Shown here: positions 1 through 7,006 of the stretch, piece by piece | Numbering within the stretch: the stretch's first letter is position 1 | How the letters are laid out: each line of letters opens with the position of its first letter | IMG/VR virus record: IMGVR_UViG_2563366844_000003 | Source: a virus | Lineage: Duplodnaviria; Heunggongvirae; Uroviricota; Caudoviricetes | DNA: 19,234 bases | Direction: 5' to 3' (one strand) | Translations under genes and position numbers: made by a program | The notes under the pieces: generated by a model | What the model was told of the DNA's origin: nothing | What the model saw: only the letters and a program-made list of their open reading frames with translations | Database searches by the model: none

Positions 1-1260
1 ATGCCAAAACTCACAGATATGCAGATCCGCGCATGGATAAAGGCGGGAGACAGATTTGATGGCAAGGCAGACGGCAACGGCCTTTATATTTGCTACCCCA
101 AAAACTACACAGTCCCGTTCTGGCGATTCCGCTATAAGCTCGCAGGAAAGCAGCGGGCTATGGTTATAGGCTCTTACTCCGAACTGTCACTATCAAAAGC
201 CAGAGAAACAGCAAAAGAGCTGTCAGCCAGAGTTGCTCTTGGCTATGACGTAGCAGCAGAGAAACAGGTACGAAAAGCTGAAGCACTGGCAAAAATGGAG
301 GCTGAGAAAAACGCTATACGCGTTTCAGATCTGGCCGCCGAATACTTCGAGCGCCAGATACTTCCGAGATGGAAACATCCCGATATCCTTCGCCGGAGAA
401 TTGATAAGGATATTAACCCCTGCATTGGGCATATGAAGGTAGAGGACGTTAAGCCACGCCACATTGACGACATGTTGAAAGGTATCGTTGACCGAGGAGC
501 ACCAACGATAGCAACAGATGTATTACGCTGGACACGCCGTATCTTTGACTATGGAATAAAACGCCACGCTCTGGAGATAAACCCTTGTTCAGCGTTTGAA
601 GTATCTGATGCTGGTGGTAAAGAGGTTTCCCGCGACCGTTGGCTAACTCGCGATGAGCTTATCAGGCTATTCGAGGCTATGCGCACCGCAAAAGGATTCA
701 GCCGCCAGAACGAACTGACATTTAAGCTATTGCTGGCACTATGCGTTCGTAAGATGGAGTTATGTGCCGCACGATGGGAAGAGTTTGATTTAGATGGTGC
801 GGTATGGCATTTGCCGGAAGAACGCAGCAAAAACGGAGACCCTATTGATATACCTCTACCTTCCCCAGCCGTTGAATGGTTGAGAGAGCTACACACCTTT
901 TCATGTAATAGCGCATGGGTGCTTCCGGCCAGGAAGATGCAAAACAGAATGATCCCACATATTCAGGAAAGCACTTTACCCGTAGCACTGGCTAAGGTTC
1001 GCGCCGAAATGCCGGATGTGCCTAATTTCACGATTCACGACTTCCGACGCACCGCACGTACTCATTTAGCAGCGTTGGGTGTTGATCCTGTTGTGGCGGA
1101 ACGATGCCTCAATCATCGCATTAAGGGCGTAGAGGGGATTTATAACCGCCATCAGTATTTTGATGAGCGTAAAGCAGCACTGGCACAGTGGGCTGATCTG
1201 CTTGTGGCACTGGAAAGCGGAAAAGACTACAACGTAACGCCTCTCAGAAGGGCGAACTAA
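1..1260 (+). CDS. int: Tyrosine site-specific integrase, P4/CP4-57 type
   Basis: 419-aa ORF with a P4-type N-terminus (MPKLTD...IRAW.KAG). C-terminal catalytic region has HDFRRTARTHLAALG (H-x-x-R) and the terminal tyrosine in GIYNRHQY. Confidence 0.9.
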   Translation: MPKLTDMQIRAWIKAGDRFDGKADGNGLYICYPKNYTVPFWRFRYKLAGKQRAMVIGSYSELSLSKARETAKELSARVALGYDVAAEKQVRKAEALAKMEAEKNAIRVSDLAAEYFERQILPRWKHPDILRRRIDKDINPCIGHMKVEDVKPRHIDDMLKGIVDRGAPTIATDVLRWTRRIFDYGIKRHALEINPCSAFEVSDAGGKEVSRDRWLTRDELIRLFEAMRTAKGFSRQNELTFKLLLALCVRKMELCAARWEEFDLDGAVWHLPEERSKNGDPIDIPLPSPAVEWLRELHTFSCNSAWVLPARKMQNRMIPHIQESTLPVALAKVRAEMPDVPNFTIHDFRRTARTHLAALGVDPVVAERCLNHRIKGVEGIYNRHQYFDERKAALAQWADLLVALESGKDYNVTPLRRAN

Positions 1261-1355
1261 CTGAATAGATTGAGCCTAGCTCGACGGGGCGAAAAGCGGG
1301 AAGCCTTACCGCCTGGCTCAATCACAAAATAAGGCGCAGCGTAAAAGGTGACGCA

Positions 1356-2201
1356 ATGAAAAAACTACCACCAAATCTTTTTTTCCGACTTAATAGAGCA
1401 GCAAATTTATTAGAAATAGAAGTCGATGATCTTCTACTTATGGGAGTATCAGGCTCTATATTTTTGAGCACAATAATTCACCAGTATGAAGGCGTACTCT
1501 ATCAAGCGGGAAACTTGCCACCAGACCACGGCAGCAAAGACATAGAAAACTTATTATTTGGTTCTATTATTTCTACTAGAGAAGATACCGAAAGATATCT
1601 AAATGAAGGTGTTTTCGATGGTATGAAGTGCTTAGCAAGTGGATTATGGCACGTTCCTAGTGATTTCATTGCTTCCCTTGCAGGGGTTAAGAGAGCCCCT
1701 GACATTCCACTCATATTCTCACCAGCATATATAAAAAAAGAACTAGACATCACATCAGGACGTTACTTTTTCTACGATTTTCGCGAACATGATACCACCG
1801 TATCGTCTGTGGAAGATTTGTATATATCAAGACCGTGGGTTGAATATATAGCTGAAAGCATGGATAAAAATCAGCCAATACCCAGCATACTCCATTTGGG
1901 TTCACACGATCTTTATGAAAAGGAATTTAAAAACATAGAGCATGGAAATAGAGCACGACATAGCCTAAACCGTGAGAATAGCATTATGGCGTTGATTTAT
2001 GTGAAACGGCACTATCCTGAAGAGTGCAAAGGGAAAAACGGGAAAGAAACCAACGAAGCGTGGGCAAACGCTACGATAGACCACTGGCCACATGTGGGTG
2101 GCGATTATGATGAACCATCTACAGATTATTTAAAGAAGATCATATCTGACATGGACAGATTGCCGGAAAAACGTACCACGGCAGGAAAGAAGAAATCATG
2201 A
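1356..2201 (+). CDS. Hypothetical 281-aa protein, AT-rich cargo gene in the integrase-proximal slot
   Basis: Intact ORF with AAGGTG-like SD upstream. Visibly AT-richer than flanking int and alpA. No recognisable motif by eye. Confidence 0.6.
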   Translation: MKKLPPNLFFRLNRAANLLEIEVDDLLLMGVSGSIFLSTIIHQYEGVLYQAGNLPPDHGSKDIENLLFGSIISTREDTERYLNEGVFDGMKCLASGLWHVPSDFIASLAGVKRAPDIPLIFSPAYIKKELDITSGRYFFYDFREHDTTVSSVEDLYISRPWVEYIAESMDKNQPIPSILHLGSHDLYEKEFKNIEHGNRARHSLNRENSIMALIYVKRHYPEECKGKNGKETNEAWANATIDHWPHVGGDYDEPSTDYLKKIISDMDRLPEKRTTAGKKKS

Positions 2202-2202
2202 T

Positions 2203-2234
2203 AATAAAATTTAGTATCGTGACAATAAAATTTA
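2203..2234. repeat. Direct repeat AATAAAATTTA x2 (2203-2213, 2224-2234) upstream of alpA
   Basis: Two identical 11-mers 21 bp apart in the AT-rich intergenic region before alpA. Confidence 0.35.
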
Positions 2235-2270
2235 CTGTAATTCACTTTTGAGCATGCACACCATTAAATA

Positions 2271-2309
2271 CCCGTAACGAAGCAACAACTATCGCTAAGA
2301 GGTTACGGG
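2271..2309 (+). promoter_or_regulatory. Inverted repeat CCCGTAAC...GTTACGGG whose right arm overlaps the alpA ribosome-binding site
   Basis: 8-bp perfectly complementary arms (2271-2278 and 2302-2309) with a 23-nt spacer. The right arm lies inside GAGGTTACGGGAAGC immediately 5' of the ATG at 2314. Confidence 0.3.
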
Positions 2310-2313
2310 AAGC

Positions 2314-2517
2314 ATGAACACCGACACGATTCCTACAAAAGGCTATATCAGACGCTTTCGCCTGGCTGAATTGCTGGGCGTTAGTGTATCCACCATCGAC
2401 CGTAAAGTAAGAAACGGTTCACTACCACGTCCGGTAAAGCTGGGAGAAAAAATAACTGCGTTTGATGCGGTTGAGATTCACAACTGGCTGGCAGAACGCC
2501 GCGGGAAGGTGGCCTGA
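2314..2517 (+). CDS. alpA: AlpA-family (MerR-like excisionase-type) transcriptional regulator
   Basis: 67 aa. LAELLGVSVSTIDRKVRNGSLPRPVKLGEKITAFDAVEIHNWL matches the AlpA helix-turn-helix pattern. Stop overlaps the next start (ATGA). Confidence 0.85.
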   Translation: MNTDTIPTKGYIRRFRLAELLGVSVSTIDRKVRNGSLPRPVKLGEKITAFDAVEIHNWLAERRGKVA

Positions 2518-2948
2518 TGGAAAAGAAAAACCGCCCATTACAGGCGGCTAATTCAGATATTCGCGTATCTGATGTTACGCCCCTTACAAAATCCCTTCAA
2601 GAACCAAAGCGCACACCGAAAAAGCATCGTGCCAGAGTCTATATGCTGCGTACTGGTATAGAGGGATGGACAGAAAATGACATTCTTCGCTACTGCCGTC
2701 TGTCTTCTGGTCGTAACTATGCAACAGAGTTAGAACGCCAGCTTGGAATCACTCTGGAGCGTATCGACGAAAAGAATCCTGATGGTATCGGAACACACCT
2801 TCGCTACCGTTTCTCCTGCCGTGGTGATGTTCTGAAAGTGATCACTCATATTAACCATCTTGCGAACATAAATGATCACAACGGACTTTCTCAGCAGGAA
2901 ATTGCCGACATTCTGAAACTCTACCCGGACGCGTTTAACGCCGCCTAA
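2517..2948 (+). CDS. Hypothetical protein, translationally coupled to alpA
   Basis: 143-aa ORF. Start overlaps the alpA stop. No motif recognised. Confidence 0.6.
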   Translation: MEKKNRPLQAANSDIRVSDVTPLTKSLQEPKRTPKKHRARVYMLRTGIEGWTENDILRYCRLSSGRNYATELERQLGITLERIDEKNPDGIGTHLRYRFSCRGDVLKVITHINHLANINDHNGLSQQEIADILKLYPDAFNAA

Positions 2949-2960
2949 CGGAGACTGAAA

Positions 2961-3794
2961 ATGAACATCGAAAAAAGCAGATTAATTTCTGAGGCCGCCC
3001 CTCATCTGAACGCCTCTCTGGGCACAATTAACGGTAATGAATTTGCCGCAATTGTCCCGGTTATTCCTGGTCATATCGGTGGGCGTGAAACCAATATTGT
3101 TAGCGCAAAAGCGTTACACAAAGCGTTGGGCGTGGGAAAAGACTTCTCTACATGGATCACTGATCGCATCTCTGAATATGACTTCACCATTGGGCACGAT
3201 TACTCAGTCCATAAAACAATTTCCCCAAATTTGGGGAAAAGCCCGAATGGCGCGGCTTACAGCAAGATTAAGCAGTCTGGCAGACCCGGCAAAGACTATC
3301 TGTTAAGTGTCGGAATGGCGAAAGAACTGGCAATGATCGAACGCAATGATCAGGGTCGCGCTATCCGTCGTTATTTCATCCAGTGCGAGGAAGAATTACA
3401 GCGTAGCGTGCCTGAAATCGCCGCCCGCTATCGTCGCCAGCTAAAAGCCCGTATCAGTGCCGCAAACAACTTTAAGCCAATGTGCGATGCGCTGAATATG
3501 GCCCGTGCCGAGATGGGTAAAACGACGCAGCAACACCACTACACAAACGAGAGCAATATGATTTCTCGTATCGTTTTTGGTGGGCTAACTGCTAAGCAGT
3601 GGGCGCGGATAAATGGCTATTCTGGCGAACCTCGCGACCATATGAACGCAGAACAGCTTGAGCACCTCTCATATCTCGAAAGCACCAATATCACGTTAAT
3701 TGATATGGGCATGGAATATGAGCAGCGCAAAGGAGAACTCACCCGCCTGTCGCAACGCTGGCTCGCCAAGCGTCTGGAGGCGGTCCATGTTTAA
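2961..3794 (+). CDS. Phage antirepressor, AntA-domain family
   Basis: 277 aa. N-terminal ALHKALGVGKDFSTWITDRISEYDF and the block MAKELAMIERNDQGRAIRRYFIQCEEEL match the conserved AntA antirepressor signature as I recall it. GGAG SD 7 nt upstream. Confidence 0.75.
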   Translation: MNIEKSRLISEAAPHLNASLGTINGNEFAAIVPVIPGHIGGRETNIVSAKALHKALGVGKDFSTWITDRISEYDFTIGHDYSVHKTISPNLGKSPNGAAYSKIKQSGRPGKDYLLSVGMAKELAMIERNDQGRAIRRYFIQCEEELQRSVPEIAARYRRQLKARISAANNFKPMCDALNMARAEMGKTTQQHHYTNESNMISRIVFGGLTAKQWARINGYSGEPRDHMNAEQLEHLSYLESTNITLIDMGMEYEQRKGELTRLSQRWLAKRLEAVHV

Positions 3795-3969
3795 GCCGAC
3801 AGGAACACCCCAACCTCAAAAACGCTACAAAGATGCCCACGGAGCACTCGTTACTGTCGAAAGCGTGTCTCACAACCGAGTGACGTTTTATCGCGACGGG
3901 TATCAATCGCCATGCGTACAACCGCTGGCACGTTTCATGAAGGAGTTTGCGGAGGTTAACAAATGCTAA
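3787..3969 (+). CDS. Small conserved prophage protein (DUF4222-like, tentative)
   Basis: 60-aa ORF starting at ATG 3787, which overlaps the antirepressor stop (ATGTTTAA). MFKPTGTP...RVTFYRDGY...PCVQPLARFMKEF resembles a small family common in enterobacterial prophages. The ORF track extends it upstream to 3700, inside the preceding gene. Confidence 0.45.
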   Translation: MFKPTGTPQPQKRYKDAHGALVTVESVSHNRVTFYRDGYQSPCVQPLARFMKEFAEVNKC

Positions 3970-5030
3970 CCGCCCAGAAGAAGATATTTTCACTGGCTGG
4001 TATGTCGCCAAAATCCAGCAATATGACAGCAAAGTCTGGCATTAATACAGCAGACACAAGCAAAGTTTATCATTTTCTGGTGGTAGGAGCGGATGCCTTA
4101 ACTATGTCAGAAATTACGGTCGATGGTGTTAGCGTTGAGAAGGTCAGCGGCTGCGCCAGAGAATTTCTGGTCGTAGATGGCTTTCTCTGCTCGCGTAGTG
4201 ACTCCACAAAAACCTTCGTCCACACGCGCGACGTTAACGAAATGAGCGCGATGTATTGTGCATCTGGTGCTTCCAATTCTGAGTTTTCGGAGTCCATAAA
4301 AAAGAGCTTGCCGTTATGCGGCAACACGGTTTATGGTTATAAGGCACCTCATAAAACGGGTGCCGGGATTGGCGTCCTGGTAAATCGAATGGCGACATAT
4401 GACGCGCCGAGCGTCTTTTTTTATGTCGTAGGTCTGACTCACCCATTTTTTGGGCGTTGGTGTATAATCCAGCGCCTTTGTCAATCAATGGTGGCTCAGG
4501 CAGGGGCTTCTTCGGAAGCGCCGGTATCCATTCGAGCCGGTTACGCCAACCCTGTCTGGGCTACCACCAGCGAAATTGGCGTTTCCGGTGGTAGCGTTAC
4601 ATGCTATCGAATGGAGGCTGCCACATGCTGGCTACTACCCCTACCCAAAAACCGCAATTTATCTGGATTATCGCCGCAGTTCGCCGCGATTGCCCGACAA
4701 TTACCGCCAAAATTCATCATATTGCTGCCGAGTCTGAACGCGATGCTCGCCGTTCTCTGGTGCGCGATCACGTCTGCTTTTTTGCTGGTCGTATCCGCAT
4801 GGAGGTGGCACATGATTAAAACCTACGATGTGCATATGGATCCCCTCGAACGCACAAGCCAGATCATCACACTGACAGAAGTGATTAACGACATTCTGGT
4901 GAGCAACTCTCCCTCACGAGACGAAAGACTGAAGGCGTTACTCGCGATATTGGATCTCGCCGTTCGTGACGTTCATTTCCTGCTGGAAGGTGGCGAAATG
5001 CCAGGAAAAACGGGGGCAACCAATGAATAA
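3963..5030 (+). CDS. Uncertain long ORF (355 aa); possibly composite, with a regulatory region and nested small ORFs
   Basis: Strong GGAGG SD 7 nt before ATG 3963 and no in-frame stop to 5030. The 4400-4810 portion contains a terminator-like hairpin plus T-run, a TATAAT box, three open frames and a low-complexity Cys/Trp-rich translation. Confidence 0.3.
   Translation: MLTAQKKIFSLAGMSPKSSNMTAKSGINTADTSKVYHFLVVGADALTMSEITVDGVSVEKVSGCAREFLVVDGFLCSRSDSTKTFVHTRDVNEMSAMYCASGASNSEFSESIKKSLPLCGNTVYGYKAPHKTGAGIGVLVNRMATYDAPSVFFYVVGLTHPFFGRWCIIQRLCQSMVAQAGASSEAPVSIRAGYANPVWATTSEIGVSGGSVTCYRMEAATCWLLPLPKNRNLSGLSPQFAAIARQLPPKFIILLPSLNAMLAVLWCAITSAFLLVVSAWRWHMIKTYDVHMDPLERTSQIITLTEVINDILVSNSPSRDERLKALLAILDLAVRDVHFLLEGGEMPGKTGATNE
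4401..4422 (+). terminator. Putative intrinsic terminator (GACGC-gccga-GCGTC followed by T7)
   Basis: 5-bp GC stem, 5-nt loop, seven consecutive T. Lies inside the 3963 ORF, so it is functional only if that ORF is not translated through. Confidence 0.3.
4430..4470 (+). promoter_or_regulatory. Putative promoter with consensus -10 TATAAT (4463-4468) for the operon leading to the primase
   Basis: Perfect TATAAT hexamer preceded by TG-rich sequence. The -35 is only a weak match (CTGACT region). Sits immediately after the terminator-like hairpin. Confidence 0.3.
4625..4819 (+). CDS. Small ORF (64 aa), first candidate gene of the primase operon
   Basis: GGAGG SD (4613-4617) 7 nt before ATG 4625. 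The SD-to-ATG 17-mer ATGGAGGCTGCCACATG is nearly duplicated at 4797-4814. Overlaps another frame, so low confidence. Confidence 0.25.
   Translation: MLATTPTQKPQFIWIIAAVRRDCPTITAKIHHIAAESERDARRSLVRDHVCFFAGRIRMEVAHD
4812..5030 (+). CDS. Small ORF (72 aa), C-terminal part of the 3963 frame with its own strong start
   Basis: GGAGG (4801-4805) 6 nt before ATG 4812. Stop overlaps the next start (ATGAATAA). Translation is protein-like. Confidence 0.4.
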   Translation: MIKTYDVHMDPLERTSQIITLTEVINDILVSNSPSRDERLKALLAILDLAVRDVHFLLEGGEMPGKTGATNE

Positions 5031-5217
5031 CTCAATTAATGCCCATCGACTTACGTCCGCACTTCAATTAATCGAGCAAGCAGCGGCTGTCCTGGTTGCT
5101 GTCAGTCTTTCGGCTGAAGAAATGGACGCTGTTGATGTCGTGGATGCGATTAAAGCGTGCTCATCTTTGGTTAACGATGCCCGTGCAGAGCTGGTAATTC
5201 TTGGGGGTGAAAAATGA
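5023..5217 (+). CDS. Hypothetical small protein (64 aa)
   Basis: ATG 5023 overlaps the upstream stop; ends in ATGA overlap with the next ORF. Confidence 0.5.
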   Translation: MNNSINAHRLTSALQLIEQAAAVLVAVSLSAEEMDAVDVVDAIKACSSLVNDARAELVILGGEK

Positions 5218-5477
5218 ATATCAACTTAATTTATCGTCATCCGTGTGAGCTGGAAATTGAATCATTGCTGAGCCGTGAAGAGCCATATCCAGACACATTC
5301 ACTCTTGCAGATCGCACGACTGAACGGCTTACCAGAGCGCGCACAGGTCTGGTTCATGTGATGAATGAGATTCTTCCATCGGTGGGAGGGGAACAGGCGA
5401 CAGTAATCACTAGCTGGCTACAAAAAGTTACCTCTCTGATAGATATCAGTTTAATCGATGCGGAGAGTGCGAAATGA
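5214..5477 (+). CDS. Hypothetical small protein (87 aa)
   Basis: Start/stop overlaps with both neighbours (ATGA), consistent with translational coupling. Confidence 0.55.
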   Translation: MNINLIYRHPCELEIESLLSREEPYPDTFTLADRTTERLTRARTGLVHVMNEILPSVGGEQATVITSWLQKVTSLIDISLIDAESAK

Positions 5478-5695
5478 CTAACATCCAGCTCATTGAAGCG
5501 CAATGTCGCATCGAACAGGTTCAGACTGTTTTAGGGTTCTGGCTTGAAGGGGCCAGCCCCAGCAACAGAGACAAGTTAATGATTGGCGCGGTTATGTCAC
5601 TGCTCAATGGCGTACCAGAAGCTATTCAGGAAGCGGACGAATTGTTGGGCAAATATGAGTTACAGAATCATTCAGGCGAGGCGAAACATGAATAA
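5474..5695 (+). CDS. Hypothetical small protein (73 aa)
   Basis: Coupled to neighbours; stop overlaps the start of the next gene (ATGAATAA at 5688-5695). Confidence 0.55.
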   Translation: MTNIQLIEAQCRIEQVQTVLGFWLEGASPSNRDKLMIGAVMSLLNGVPEAIQEADELLGKYELQNHSGEAKHE

Positions 5696-6290
5696 TTTCT
5701 TAACGTTCCATGCAGAAGCAACGCCTGACGGCGTAAACATCATGTACCGCAGCAACGATGGCATGACAGAACGCGTTGAGGCCGTCTCATATATTGATGC
5801 CGTAAATCGTCTGGATGCCGGGGATTATGACGATAAACCAGATGAAGGTATGTCAATACATCTCGCTATTGCCGATGGCGGCAACCAGGGATATTTCGAT
5901 TACACATCACAGCATAACGTCATTATGTGGAGATGGCTGATCGCAACAGTATTCATGCTGGAAATGAGAGAGGAAAACGGCACTGTCAGCATCATTGATG
6001 ATACTGGCAATCCTTCCGAAGTGGCTGTTTATTCCAACGGCATCGTCGCCATGCCGCTGTATCCAGTAGCAGAGCGTCTCGCTATGGCAAACAACATTGA
6101 GGGCGCGATGATAGAACGTTTTGGCATCGAGTCTGGCACAGAACGCGCCATCATTTTCTACAGAGCCATGATGGATGTGGAACAAGGAGCACTGACTCCA
6201 TTTGGTCGTGAAACGCTTGCTGAACTTCACAACAGCTTTATAGCTGAACTGAATGAAAACGGCATGCCAGCGGAACCAGTGACGCACTGA
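5688..6290 (+). CDS. Hypothetical protein (200 aa)
   Basis: Most plausible start is ATG 5688, overlapping the upstream stop; the track's 5583 start lies inside the previous gene. Confidence 0.6.
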   Translation: MNNFLTFHAEATPDGVNIMYRSNDGMTERVEAVSYIDAVNRLDAGDYDDKPDEGMSIHLAIADGGNQGYFDYTSQHNVIMWRWLIATVFMLEMREENGTVSIIDDTGNPSEVAVYSNGIVAMPLYPVAERLAMANNIEGAMIERFGIESGTERAIIFYRAMMDVEQGALTPFGRETLAELHNSFIAELNENGMPAEPVTH

Positions 6291-6300
6291 GGATGGAGCC

Positions 6301-6642
6301 ATGATTACTAAAAATTTCCGACTGAATGCGCTGGCAAATAAGTATGCGTCGGCACTGTATAACCACATTACCTCCACCAGCGACGGGGACTATTTCATGG
6401 TTGATGCGGACGGCGAGGCCGTACGTGTGGAAATCGTCAATGGAGTAAAAGGCGTTCGCAGCCTGATCGATAGCTACACACTGGCAGCCATGAAAGTGTT
6501 CTACCCGCAGTGGGAAACCGTGGGGATCGAGCTTCTTGAGCGTTGCGTCAATAAGGACGGATTGACTGACGTCGGGCGTGAGATATGGCAAAGCATGGTT
6601 AATGACATGGGCGCAACTGTAGCGGGAGGTTCTCATGCGTGA
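6301..6642 (+). CDS. Hypothetical protein (113 aa)
   Basis: GAGG SD before ATG 6301; stop overlaps the next start. Confidence 0.6.
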   Translation: MITKNFRLNALANKYASALYNHITSTSDGDYFMVDADGEAVRVEIVNGVKGVRSLIDSYTLAAMKVFYPQWETVGIELLERCVNKDGLTDVGREIWQSMVNDMGATVAGGSHA

Positions 6643-7006
6643 AAATGCAGAAATGGCGCTTAGCTCCGCAATCGGAGAGCAGGTGGCAAAGATTGCTGGT
6701 GCTGTGTGGATTCATAACCTTCATTCTACTGGTGAAGAGAAAATGGCAATTCAGACGCCAGAGGGACGCACCATTACTACATCTCTGAAGCCGTCAGATG
6801 TTTGTGATCTGATTTGCGCATTCATGTACCCAGCAATGAGGACTGTCCACGGCGATCAGTGGAAACTTGCGACAACCGCTGAATTTGATATGTGGCTAAA
6901 CAATGATGGCATGCTGACTGATTACGGAATAACCAAGTGGCAGATGCTGGTTAGCCATATCGCAAACGCTATAGACCACGTGGGGTACGGTGATGCGAAA
7001 CATTGA
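6635..7006 (+). CDS. Hypothetical protein (123 aa)
   Basis: GGAGG SD before ATG 6635; 3' end overlaps the primase start. Confidence 0.6.
   Translation: MRENAEMALSSAIGEQVAKIAGAVWIHNLHSTGEEKMAIQTPEGRTITTSLKPSDVCDLICAFMYPAMRTVHGDQWKLATTAEFDMWLNNDGMLTDYGITKWQMLVSHIANAIDHVGYGDAKH

Noticed and set aside
3037-3306. 89-aa ORF in an alternative frame inside the antirepressor gene
   Set aside because: It lies entirely within the well-supported AntA-family CDS in another frame and has no SD; an overlap artefact.
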